Source: an uncultured Planctomycetota bacterium (lineage in GTDB: Bacteria; Planctomycetota; Planctomycetia; Pirellulales; Lacipirellulaceae). From it: DNA of 64,000 nucleotides. The stretch lies in NCBI GenBank assembly GCA_963719315.1, contig CAVRBU010000004.1, positions 480,001 to 544,000 on the forward strand. The letters are read 5' to 3'. Position 1 is the stretch's first letter; every line of letters begins with the position of its first letter. The position numbers were made by a program, and so were the translations under genes. The notes under the pieces are model-generated. The model had not been told where the DNA came from and did not search any database. It saw only the letters and a program-made list of their open reading frames with translations. This document shows positions 53,429-62,582 of the stretch, one piece after another.

Positions 53429-55801
53429 ATGCCCGATCTTCGCAACGCCGTTCTCGAACACGTCAATCACACGAATTACCACCCCGTCAAGCCGGCGGCG
53501 ATCGCCAAGAAGCTGGGCCTCGCGAACGAGGCCGTTCACGAGCTTAAGATGACCATCAAGCGGATGGTCAAAGCGGGTGAGTTGGCTTGGGGGCCGACGC
53601 ACCTCGTGTATCCGGCCGGCAAGGTGCAACGAGCCCGCAAAAACGCCGCTGATGGCGTTGCGAAGGTCGAAGTGGCTGTTGAGCGTGCTGAACGACGAAA
53701 GAAGGATAAGGCAAAGGCGCCGCCTCGCGATTCAAAACATTTCACCGGCACATTCCGCCGCGCGGCAGGCGGGTTCGGCTTCGTTAGGCCGGAAGGTACG
53801 CAGCGGACCGAGGGGCGAGATGCCGATATCTTCGTGCCGGCCGACAAGACGGGCGATGCCGCCAGTGGCGACGTCGTCTCCGTGCGGCTCGAATCGAGGC
53901 GCGGCCGAATGGGAAAGCAGGAAGGCCGCATCATTGATGTCGTCGAGCGGGCCACCAACCGCTTCGTCGGCGTGTATTTCGAAACGGCCGGCATGGGAAT
54001 GGTGCAGATCGACGGCAAGATCTTCACCAATGCGATCTACGTAGGCGACCCCGGCGCGAAGGGCGTGCGACCGGAGGACAAGGTCGTTATCGAGATGGTT
54101 CATTTCCCGTCGCACACGCGCGATGGCGAGGGCGTGGTTGTGGAAGTGCTCGGCCCGCGCGGCCAGCCCGGCGTCGATACGATGTCGATCATCTACGAGT
54201 TCAACCTACCGGGCGCATTCGACGAGCACGTTCTGGCCGAATCCCACAAGCAGGCCGAGAAATTCGATGAATCGATTCCGCGCGGCCGGCGCGATCTAAC
54301 CAATCTAACGATCGTCACGATCGACCCCGTGGACGCCCGCGACTTCGACGACGCCATTTCGCTTGAGAAAATGGATAGCGGCCACTGGCTGTTGGGCGTG
54401 CACATTGCGGATGTCTCGCACTTTGTGCAGCCCAAGACGCCGCTCGATCGCGAAGCGTATGACCGGGCCACGAGCGTGTATCTGCCCGATCGCGTGATTC
54501 CGATGCTGCCGGAGATCATTTCCAACAACCTGGCCAGTTTGCAGCCGAACAAGGTTCGTTACGCCCTCTCGGCCGTGATGGAGATGACGCCCGATGGCAT
54601 CCGTGTGGCCACCGATGTGTTCAAAAGCGCGATCAAGAGCGTTCGGCGGTTCACCTACGAGGAGGTGGACGAGTACCTGGCCAATCGGGCCGCGTGGAAG
54701 AAAAAACTGACGCCGGATGTCCACGCACTTTTGGGCCGCATGCACGAACTGGCGATGATGCTGCGGGCGCGGCGCTTCAAGCGGGGCGCGCTCGAACTTT
54801 CCATGCCGGAGATGAAAATCGATCTCGATGCCGACGGACGAGTGACGGGCGCTCATCTCGCACAGAACACGGAAAGCCACCAGGTCATCGAAGAGTTCAT
54901 GCTCTCGGCCAACGAAGCGGTCGCCGAAAAGCTGGAAGACGCCGGCCTGTTGTTCTTGCGGCGCATTCACGGTAGCCCCGACCCGCGAAAAATGCGCGTC
55001 CTCACCGAATTCGTGCGCGAGTTGGGCTATGAAGCCGAGAACCTTGAAAACCGCTTCGAGCTGCAAAAACTGCTCGACACGGTGAAGGGCGATCCGCGCG
55101 AACACGCGATCAACTACGCCACGCTCCGCTCGATGCAACGGGCCACGTACAGCCCGGAGGACGACGGCCACTACGCCTTGGCCAGCGATTGCTACTGCCA
55201 TTTCACATCGCCCATTCGACGCTACCCGGACCTGACGGTCCATCGGCTGATCGACACGCTGAATCGCGGCAAAAAGCCCGAACAACGGATGGATCAGCTT
55301 CTGGCCGAAGGCGACCATTGCAGCGAGCGCGAGCAGCGGGCCGCCGAGGCCGAGCGCGAGCTCAAAAAGATGAAGCTCCTGCACTACATGTCCGACAAGA
55401 TCGGCCTGGAGTTGGATGGCGTCATTACGGGCGTGGAAAATTTCGGCCTCTTTATCACTGGCGTCGAAATCCCGGCCGAGGGCTTCGTCCACATCAGCAG
55501 TCTTACGGATGATTACTATCGCTACGACCGAGCCGGCCACGTGATCGCCGGCTTTCGCTCGGGCAATTCGTATCGGCTGGGCGACACGGTTCGAGTGGCG
55601 GTGGCCGCCGTGGATGTCGACACCCGCGAGTTGGAATTCCGCATGGTTGCCCGCACGGGCGTGCCGAAAAAGGCCCGCGTCAAACGGCCGACCAAATCGA
55701 GCGGCAAACGCGAGACAATATCAAGTAAAACGCCACGCGGCAGAAAAAAGAAAAAGATCCGGCCGGGCAAGAACGAACGCCGGCAGAAACGCGGACTTTG
55801 A
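53429..55801 (+). CDS. rnr: Ribonuclease R
   Basis: TIDPVDARDFDDAIS, VHIADVSHFV, HFTSPIRRYPDL, S1 domain, basic tail. Confidence 0.97.
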   Translation: MPDLRNAVLEHVNHTNYHPVKPAAIAKKLGLANEAVHELKMTIKRMVKAGELAWGPTHLVYPAGKVQRARKNAADGVAKVEVAVERAERRKKDKAKAPPRDSKHFTGTFRRAAGGFGFVRPEGTQRTEGRDADIFVPADKTGDAASGDVVSVRLESRRGRMGKQEGRIIDVVERATNRFVGVYFETAGMGMVQIDGKIFTNAIYVGDPGAKGVRPEDKVVIEMVHFPSHTRDGEGVVVEVLGPRGQPGVDTMSIIYEFNLPGAFDEHVLAESHKQAEKFDESIPRGRRDLTNLTIVTIDPVDARDFDDAISLEKMDSGHWLLGVHIADVSHFVQPKTPLDREAYDRATSVYLPDRVIPMLPEIISNNLASLQPNKVRYALSAVMEMTPDGIRVATDVFKSAIKSVRRFTYEEVDEYLANRAAWKKKLTPDVHALLGRMHELAMMLRARRFKRGALELSMPEMKIDLDADGRVTGAHLAQNTESHQVIEEFMLSANEAVAEKLEDAGLLFLRRIHGSPDPRKMRVLTEFVRELGYEAENLENRFELQKLLDTVKGDPREHAINYATLRSMQRATYSPEDDGHYALASDCYCHFTSPIRRYPDLTVHRLIDTLNRGKKPEQRMDQLLAEGDHCSEREQRAAEAERELKKMKLLHYMSDKIGLELDGVITGVENFGLFITGVEIPAEGFVHISSLTDDYYRYDRAGHVIAGFRSGNSYRLGDTVRVAVAAVDVDTRELEFRMVARTGVPKKARVKRPTKSSGKRETISSKTPRGRKKKKIRPGKNERRQKRGL

Positions 55802-55802
55802 T

Positions 55803-56040
55803 CACTCTTCTCGCGTTTTCGCCGTCGGACACCGTTACCGTGAGTAATCTTGGTAACTAGCAGCAGATCGATGATCGCCATCTTATCTCCGCCTAAACTA
55901 ATGACGATCGTTCTTCCGGTTGGGTTTCGCCAGATCAATTCTGGATGATTGACGGCGTGCTTTGTGCCGTCTGCCAAGTACAGTGTAAACGGCCTAAAGG
56001 GTTTCGCTTTCTCGATTGAGTCCAGTTGTTCCGTAGTGAT
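55803..56040 (-). CDS. Small planctomycete hypothetical protein (PFRPF..L.DG..HPE type); no ATG start and no nearby stop, possibly degenerate
   Basis: Hand translation from ATC at 56040: ITTEQLDSIEKAKPFRPFTLYLADGTKHAVNHPELIWRNPTGRTIVI. Confidence 0.5.
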
Positions 56041-56059
56041 AATTCTAATTCTTCCCTTC

Positions 56060-57337
56060 CTATCGTATTTTACTCTTCTTCTGGCCGGGCTCTATGCGGA
56101 ACAAATGCTCCTCCCCACGGATCAGCAGCCCGCCGCGTATCGGTATCGGTGTGGCGAATATTCGCTCACCCATTTCGTTCGATGCCAACTCCTTGTAGCC
56201 CTGATCACTTACTTGGCCTACATAGATGACACCATCCTCTCGTGCGCAGAACAGCTTGTCACCGGCCAGCGTGGGTGAGGCGTAAAACTTGTTGCGGTTC
56301 TTTGGTAAGTCGGCCGACCACAACACCTCGCCGCTGTCGAGCGCCAGGCAAGCGACGTGGCCCAAATCACCGAGCAGATAGAGCTTGCCGTCGCGGGTCG
56401 CCGCGGTGGGGACGTCGTTCCCCAAATTCGACTTGTCCCACAGCCAATTCGTGATATCCGCCTGTTCGCCGATCCGTACGCCCGCCAAGAACTTGCCCCG
56501 CCCGAATGGCACCACAGCGATGTCATCGGAAACCGAAGGCGACGCAATCGTTCGCCAGTTCCCTTCTCCGTCGGGATTGAAACCTCCGCATTCCCACAGC
56601 AACTTGCCCGTTGCCGCATCGTGGCCGGTCAAGTGGTCGGCGCCCCACGTAACCAGCACATCGTGGCCGTCGATTTTTACAACCTGTGGCGTGGAGTACG
56701 TTTGGTCGCACTCGATCGGGCACTCGTACTGCCGAGGCGTCTTCCAAACGACTTCGCCGCTATCGAGGTTGAATGCGACGAGGTACGAATCGTCCGCTTG
56801 AACCACGGCCACGATCGCGCGTCCGTCAACCACCACTGGCGACGTGCCTAGATCCCACCACAAGGTGTCTTTGCCATATTTGCTTTGGAGATTGACGTTC
56901 CATTTCTCCTTCCCATCGAAATCAAAACAGGCCAGCGTGCCGCTTTTGAAGTACACAACCACGTTTTTGCCGTCGGTCGCTGGCGAAGGATTGCTGCCGC
57001 TGGCATTGCGGTGTTTCCCAGGCCGTTCCTTGCCGAGTTGCTTCCGCCACAATTCTTTTCCCTGAGTGTCGTAGCAAATCACGCCGTCCTGGCCGTCTAT
57101 CGCGCAAGTTATGAAGATGCGATCGTCCCAAACCGCGGGCGTCGAAGTCCCTTTGCCCGGCAAGTCGACTTTCCAGGCGACGCCCTCGGTGCTGGAAAAC
57201 TTGATCGGATAGTCGCCGTCGGCCGCGACGCCGGTGCCCCGCGGCCCGCGCCACTGCGGCCAATTCTCGGCGGCCGGCATTTGACTGTATTGAAAAGTAA
57301 CGACGATTGCGAATGTGGCGAAGGTCGGCCAGCGCAT
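56060..57337 (-). CDS. PQQ-like beta-propeller (BamB-like) secreted protein
   Basis: AENWPQWRGP; repeated G..LW blades; YASP. Confidence 0.88.
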   Translation of the reverse strand: MRWPTFATFAIVVTFQYSQMPAAENWPQWRGPRGTGVAADGDYPIKFSSTEGVAWKVDLPGKGTSTPAVWDDRIFITCAIDGQDGVICYDTQGKELWRKQLGKERPGKHRNASGSNPSPATDGKNVVVYFKSGTLACFDFDGKEKWNVNLQSKYGKDTLWWDLGTSPVVVDGRAIVAVVQADDSYLVAFNLDSGEVVWKTPRQYECPIECDQTYSTPQVVKIDGHDVLVTWGADHLTGHDAATGKLLWECGGFNPDGEGNWRTIASPSVSDDIAVVPFGRGKFLAGVRIGEQADITNWLWDKSNLGNDVPTAATRDGKLYLLGDLGHVACLALDSGEVLWSADLPKNRNKFYASPTLAGDKLFCAREDGVIYVGQVSDQGYKELASNEMGERIFATPIPIRGGLLIRGEEHLFRIEPGQKKSKIR

Positions 57338-57549
57338 GGGGGGCTCCGAAAACGTGTGGTTAAGGAATTCAGTTCAGCGGATCACCATCCTAAGTATCTC
57401 ATTATTCTCGCCCCAGTGCCAGAATTCGCGAAGTCCGCTCGGAAGCGAATTGGCGACCGGCAGCCCCCCTGACAATTCGGCATTCACCCCATAAAATGCA
57501 GTGGCCCTTTGACAACATACTCCCGCCCGCCGACGTCGATCGACCGCCG

Positions 57550-58704
57550 ATGATGACGACCGATTTAGCCCGCACTCCGCTCCACGATTGGCACGTCGCA
57601 CACGGCGGCCGAATGGTCGATTTCGCCGGCTGGAGCATGCCGGTGCAATACACGTCGATTGCCGAAGAGCACAACGCGACGCGGAATGCGGTCGGTGTGT
57701 TCGATATCAGCCACATGGGCCGGCTGCAATTCTTTGTCCCAGTCGCATTTTTGGGCAGCCTCTTAACTCGTCGCGTCGACAACATGAAACCGACGCAGAT
57801 CCGCTACTCGCTGGTCTGCAACGAGGATGGCGGCATTCTTGACGACGTACTCGTGTACGCTGGGTTGCCACAACCAAACGCGTTTTGGATGGTTGTAAAC
57901 GCGAGCAATCATCAAAAAATAGTAAATTGGGTTAGTCGGCAAATGGCCGCTTGGGAAAATCGCCATGGAGAGAGGACGTTTTCGTTCGGCGATGTCATCA
58001 GTGCGCAAACTGCAATGATTGCGATACAAGGTCCCAGGGCGATCGATGTGATCGCGTCGCTGGTGGAAATCACGGATGATCGTCTGGAAAAGGATGTTCG
58101 CCGTATGCAGTATTACACGTGTGGACATGCGTATTTAAGAGATCACCACATTACGTTGAGTCGCACTGGTTACACTGGCGAAGACGGATTCGAAATAATT
58201 TGCGACGCCGAAGCGAGCGTCGATATTTGGACCCAAAGTATCGAGAAGTCTCGTGAATTTGGCGGCGTTGCCTGCGGCCTCGGCGCACGCGATACGCTGC
58301 GGCTTGAAGCGGCGATGCCGCTGTATGGGCATGAGCTTTCGGAATCAATCAATCCAATAGAAGCCGGATTGGACTTCGCGGTGAGTTTGGGTGGGCGCGA
58401 GTTTGTTGGCAGCAAGGCGTTGGAACGCGCTGCGGCGGATAAGTCGCAATCAGTACGCGTCGGCCTGCAGCTTGATGGCAAGCGCGTGCCGCGCCAAGGT
58501 TGTCCCGTGCTGCACAGCGATGAAATAGTCGGCAAAGTGACGAGCGGCACTTTTTCGCCGACGTTCGAGCGGCCGATCGCAATGGCATATGTCCGGCCCA
58601 CTGCCCAAGCCGTCGGCACGCGCCTGGGCGTCGATATCCGCGGCACGCAGAATGCGGCCGTCGTTGTGCCGTTGCCGTTTTATGAACGAGGAAAGAAGAA
58701 TTAA
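57550..58704 (+). CDS. gcvT: Glycine cleavage T protein
   Basis: RTPLHDWH, FAGWSMPVQY, FDISHMG, SRTGYTGEDGFE, GLGARDTLRLEA. Confidence 0.97.
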   Translation: MMTTDLARTPLHDWHVAHGGRMVDFAGWSMPVQYTSIAEEHNATRNAVGVFDISHMGRLQFFVPVAFLGSLLTRRVDNMKPTQIRYSLVCNEDGGILDDVLVYAGLPQPNAFWMVVNASNHQKIVNWVSRQMAAWENRHGERTFSFGDVISAQTAMIAIQGPRAIDVIASLVEITDDRLEKDVRRMQYYTCGHAYLRDHHITLSRTGYTGEDGFEIICDAEASVDIWTQSIEKSREFGGVACGLGARDTLRLEAAMPLYGHELSESINPIEAGLDFAVSLGGREFVGSKALERAAADKSQSVRVGLQLDGKRVPRQGCPVLHSDEIVGKVTSGTFSPTFERPIAMAYVRPTAQAVGTRLGVDIRGTQNAAVVVPLPFYERGKKN

Positions 58705-58842
58705 CCGCGGAGGCGTGGAGAAGTGATCGATTTGTCAATGGTCATTTGTCATTTGAAATTGGTCATTTCGGAATTGGCCAATGACAAATTACGAATTTGC
58801 AATGACCAATCCTTCTCAGAGTTCTCCGTGTCTCCGTGGTAA
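58704..58842. repeat. Nested palindromic repeats between gcvT and gcvH
   Basis: Outer ACCGCGGAGGCGTGGAGA / TCTCCGTGTCTCCGTGGT; inner heptamers ATTTGTC/ATTGGTC and GACAAAT/GACCAAT. Confidence 0.7.
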
Positions 58843-58870
58843 AAAGTGAATTGTCGATAGGAGTCGAACT

Positions 58871-59269
58871 GTGAAGCCTGAAAGCTTGTTATTCGCGAAA
58901 ACGCACGAATGGGTCGCCGTCACGAACGATGGCGGTCAGAAAATCGCCGCAGTGGGCCTCTCGGCGTTTGCCGTCGAGGCGCTGACCGACCTGGTGTTCA
59001 TCGAGCTACCCAAAGTCGGCCGGCAGGTGAAGGCCAACGAGTCATTCTGTGAGGTGGAATCGGTCAAAGCGGTGAGCGACGTGTACGCCCCGGTCGCCGG
59101 CGAAGTCGTCGCCGCCAACGATAAGCTGGCCGACAATTTGGAAACACTGAGCCAGGATCCATACGGCGAAGGCTGGATCGCCCGCATCAAGATCTCGGAC
59201 GAAGCGGGACTGAAGAACCTCATGGATTATGCCGCGTACCAAAAGCAGTGCGCCGAGGAGGCACACTAG
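58871..59269 (+). CDS. gcvH: Glycine cleavage H protein
   Basis: THEWV, EVESVKAVSDVYAPV (lipoyl Lys), DPYGEGW. Confidence 0.97.
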   Translation: MKPESLLFAKTHEWVAVTNDGGQKIAAVGLSAFAVEALTDLVFIELPKVGRQVKANESFCEVESVKAVSDVYAPVAGEVVAANDKLADNLETLSQDPYGEGWIARIKISDEAGLKNLMDYAAYQKQCAEEAH

Positions 59270-59274
59270 GAAAT

Positions 59275-59370
59275 AGACAAGGAGACAAGGAGAGGGGGAG
59301 ACAAGGAGATTCCCGGGCAAAGCCTCCCAATTGATTCTCCTTGTCTCCTTGTCTCCCCCTCTCCTTGTCT
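59275..59370. repeat. Octamer (GACAAGGA) tandem inverted repeat, copy 2
   Basis: GACAAGGAGACAAGGAGAGGGGGAGACAAGGAGA ... TCTCCTTGTCTCCTTGTCTCCCCCTCTCCTTGTCT. Confidence 0.85.
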
Positions 59371-59405
59371 TCGCGGCCATTTCTCAAATGCATTGATCAC
59401 TGACG

Positions 59406-60809
59406 ATGCCCTACCTCTACAACACCGCCGAAGACCAGGCCGCGATGCTCGCCGCGATCGGCGCCGGCTCGATCGACGATCTATTCGAAATGGTTCCGGC
59501 CGAGTTGCGATTCCAGCGGCCGCTTGCGATTCCGCCGGCGATGAGCGAGATGGAGCTGACGCAGCACATGGCGGCGCTCGCGGCGAAGAACGAGCACGCG
59601 GGCTCGAAAGTCTGCTTCCTGGGCGGCGGAAGTTACGATCACTTCATCCCGGCGGCCGTCGACGAGCTGGCCGGCCGCGGCGAGTTCTACACGTCTTACA
59701 CGCCGTACCAGGCCGAGGTCAGCCAGGGCAATTTGCAGGTCGTCTTTGAATATCAGACGCTCATCGCACGGCTCACCGGCATGGATGTGTCGAACGCCAG
59801 CCTGTACGACGGCGGTAGCGCGTCGGCTGAGGCCGTGCTGATGGCCATCAGCAGCACGCAGCGTTTCGGGAAGGTCGTCGTGACTGAGAGCCTGCACCCG
59901 GAGTATCGCCAGACGATCGCCACGTACCTGAGAGACCTCGGCGTCGAGTTCGTGACGGTCGGCACGCCGCAGGGCGTGGTCGAGCCGGAAGACTTGGCGG
60001 CCGCCGTGGACGAGAACACGGCCTGCATCGTCGTCCAACAACCCAACTTCTTCGGCTGCATCGAAGACGCCGCCTCGCTGGCCACAATTGCGCACGACGC
60101 CGGCGCGCTGGTCGTCGCTGCGTTCGATCCGATCAGCCTGGGACTGTTAAAACGCCCCGGCGACTGGGGAGCCGACATCGCCGTGGCCGAAGGGCACACG
60201 CTGGGCACGCCCATGCAATACGGCGGCCCGTATCTGGGCATCATGGCCTGCCGCGAAAGCCTCGTCCGCCGCATGCCAGGCCGCATTGCCGGCCAAACGG
60301 TCGACCGTCGCGGAAAACGCTGTTTCGTTCTCACGCTGCAAACCCGCGAGCAACACATCCGCCGCGAGAAGGCCACGAGCAACGTCTGTACGAACCAAGG
60401 CCTGTTTGCCTTGCGAGCCACAATCTACTTGTCGCTCCTCGGCCCTCAGGGGTTGAAGGAGACCGCCAACTTATGCCTCCAAAAATCCCGTTACGCCGCC
60501 GATCTACTTTGCCGCGGTGTGCCACTGGCTCCGCCAGTGTCTTCGCCTGCGTCGGCGAGCAGCGCGTCACTGAAGAACAGCCGATTCGAGCGTGCATTCA
60601 GTGCGCCGACGTTCAAAGAGTTCGTCATTCGCGATAAACAAGGTCGCGTAGACGAACTTTTGGAGAAAGCATCTGACGATGGATTCCTGGCCGGCGTGCC
60701 GCTAGGGCAGTGGTATCCGAAGCTTCAGGATTGCTTCCTGGTGGCCGTCACCGAGAAGCGAACCAGGAATGAAATCCATGCGCTCGCTAAGTCACTGGGA
60801 GACGACTAG
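59406..60809 (+). CDS. gcvPA: Glycine dehydrogenase subunit 1
   Basis: YTSYTPYQAEVSQG, SNASLYDG, LQTREQHIRREKATSNVCTNQ. Confidence 0.97.
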   Translation: MPYLYNTAEDQAAMLAAIGAGSIDDLFEMVPAELRFQRPLAIPPAMSEMELTQHMAALAAKNEHAGSKVCFLGGGSYDHFIPAAVDELAGRGEFYTSYTPYQAEVSQGNLQVVFEYQTLIARLTGMDVSNASLYDGGSASAEAVLMAISSTQRFGKVVVTESLHPEYRQTIATYLRDLGVEFVTVGTPQGVVEPEDLAAAVDENTACIVVQQPNFFGCIEDAASLATIAHDAGALVVAAFDPISLGLLKRPGDWGADIAVAEGHTLGTPMQYGGPYLGIMACRESLVRRMPGRIAGQTVDRRGKRCFVLTLQTREQHIRREKATSNVCTNQGLFALRATIYLSLLGPQGLKETANLCLQKSRYAADLLCRGVPLAPPVSSPASASSASLKNSRFERAFSAPTFKEFVIRDKQGRVDELLEKASDDGFLAGVPLGQWYPKLQDCFLVAVTEKRTRNEIHALAKSLGDD

Positions 60810-60824
60810 CAATCGTATCCGTAT

Positions 60825-61012
60825 GCCCTGAAAGGGCAGCATGCGAAAGCCCAGGGCGAAGCCCTGGGAAACCCAGGTTTCCGAACAACAAAGCTCTGAA
60901 AGAGCGAAATAGAAATGCCGCATGGATATCGCCCTTTCAGGGCTTCACAACTGAAATATTGCATTTGTCCCAGGGCGTTGCCCTGGGCTGACGTATGATG
61001 CCCTTTCAGGGC
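60825..61012. repeat. REP-type palindromic element between gcvPA and gcvPB
   Basis: GCCCTGAAAGGGC, CCCAGGGCGAAGCCCTGGG, GCCCTTTCAGGGC x2, CCCAGGGCGTTGCCCTGGG. Confidence 0.8.
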
Positions 61013-61024
61013 AAATGAATTCAA

Positions 61025-62557
61025 ATGCGCAACACCCGCGATACAAAGCTTCTGTTCGAACTCTCCGAAGCCGGCCGCCGCGCGCACCGGCTGCCGGCGT
61101 GTGATGTGCCCGAGCGCCCCGTTGCCGAGTTGCTGCCCGCCACTGTTCTGGCCGCCGCGCCCCCTCCCCTGCCCGAACTCTCGGAGCCAGAGGTCGTGCG
61201 GCATTTTGTGAATCTGTCGCAGCTCAACATGAGTGTCGATACGCACTTCTATCCGCTCGGGTCGTGTACGATGAAGTACAACCCGAAGCGGAATGAGCGG
61301 ATCGCCCGGATGCCGGGCTTCTGCGATTTGCATCCGTATCAGCCGGAATCGACGCTGCAAGGCATGTTGCAGGTCCTGTACGAGATGCAGGAATATCTCA
61401 AGGAGATTTCGGGCCTCGCGGCCTGCTCGCTGCAACCGGCGGCCGGGGCGCATGGCGAGCTCACTGCTCTGCTGGTCGCCGCCGCGTACTTCCGCGATCG
61501 GGGCGAGAAGCGAACCAAGGTGCTTGTGCCCGATAGCGCCCATGGCACGAACCCCGCCAGTGCCACGATGGCCGGGTTCCAAACCGTCACCGTGAAAACG
61601 CTGCCCAGCGGCACGCTCGACATGGACGATCTCCGTCGTCATCTCGACGACAAGATCGCCGTGTTCATGATCACCAACCCGAACACGGTCGGCATCTTCG
61701 AGCCCAAGATGCACGAAATTGCGGACGCCGTCCACAAACATGGCGGCCTGGTGTACCTCGACGGCGCGAATATGAACGCCATTCTCGGCATCGCCCGGCC
61801 GGGCGATTTCGGCGCCGACATGCAGCACTACAACCCCCACAAGACCTTCAGCGGCCCGCACGGCGGCGGCGGGCCGGGGGCGGGGCCGATTTGTGTGACC
61901 GAGGAGCTTGCGCCGTACTTACCTGCTCCGATTGTGGTGAAGGTCAAGAGTCAAGAGTCAAGAGTCAAGAGCCAGAACCGTGACTCAACACCTTCTTCGG
62001 CTCTTAACTCACGACTCTCGACGCTTGACTCTTACGCTCTCGATTACAGCCGTCCCAAATCGATCGGCCGCGTGCGGGCGTTCTTCGGCAACGTCGGCGT
62101 GCTCGTGCGGGCGTACTGCTACATTCGCACGCATGGCCCGGATGGCCTCCGCCGAGTGAGCGAAAACGCCGTGCTCAACGCGAACTATCTGCTTAGCCGC
62201 GTGAAGCATTTTCTGCCAGTGCCGCAGGGCGATCGCTGCATGCACGAGTTCGTCGCGTCCGCCGCGAAGCTCAAAGGCGAAAAGGGCATCTCGGCGATGG
62301 ACATCGCCAAGCGGCTGTTGGATTTCGGCTTCCACGCTCCGACCGTGTACTTCCCGCTCTCGGTGAAGGAGGCGATCATGGTCGAGCCGACGGAGACCGA
62401 GAGCAAGGAAACACTCGACGCCTTCGCCGAAACTCTGTTCCGTATCATCGGAGAAGATGCCGAAACGCTCCACGATGCGCCCCACACGACGCCCATTAGC
62501 CGACCGGATGATGTACGCGCCGCACGCCAGCCGGTGCTCGTTTATCGGGAGGCGTAG
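61025..62557 (+). CDS. gcvPB: Glycine dehydrogenase subunit 2, with an in-frame repeat insertion
   Basis: YPLGSCTMKYNP, QPAAGAHGE, NPHKTFSGPHGGGGPG, MVEPTETES. Confidence 0.97.
   Translation: MRNTRDTKLLFELSEAGRRAHRLPACDVPERPVAELLPATVLAAAPPPLPELSEPEVVRHFVNLSQLNMSVDTHFYPLGSCTMKYNPKRNERIARMPGFCDLHPYQPESTLQGMLQVLYEMQEYLKEISGLAACSLQPAAGAHGELTALLVAAAYFRDRGEKRTKVLVPDSAHGTNPASATMAGFQTVTVKTLPSGTLDMDDLRRHLDDKIAVFMITNPNTVGIFEPKMHEIADAVHKHGGLVYLDGANMNAILGIARPGDFGADMQHYNPHKTFSGPHGGGGPGAGPICVTEELAPYLPAPIVVKVKSQESRVKSQNRDSTPSSALNSRLSTLDSYALDYSRPKSIGRVRAFFGNVGVLVRAYCYIRTHGPDGLRRVSENAVLNANYLLSRVKHFLPVPQGDRCMHEFVASAAKLKGEKGISAMDIAKRLLDFGFHAPTVYFPLSVKEAIMVEPTETESKETLDAFAETLFRIIGEDAETLHDAPHTTPISRPDDVRAARQPVLVYREA
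61943..62032. repeat. Heptamer tandem inverted repeat inserted in-frame in gcvPB
   Basis: (GTCAAGA)x4 ... CTCTTAACTCACGACTCTCGACGCTTGACTCT; translates as VKSQESRVKSQNRDSTPSSALNSRLSTLDS. Confidence 0.88.
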
Positions 62558-62582
62558 AGTGGTGCCGTCCACCACAAGTGAA

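Noticed and set aside
57338..57549. Glycine riboswitch upstream of gcvT
   Set aside because: No GGAGA...CCGAAG...CTCTCAGG aptamer pattern seen
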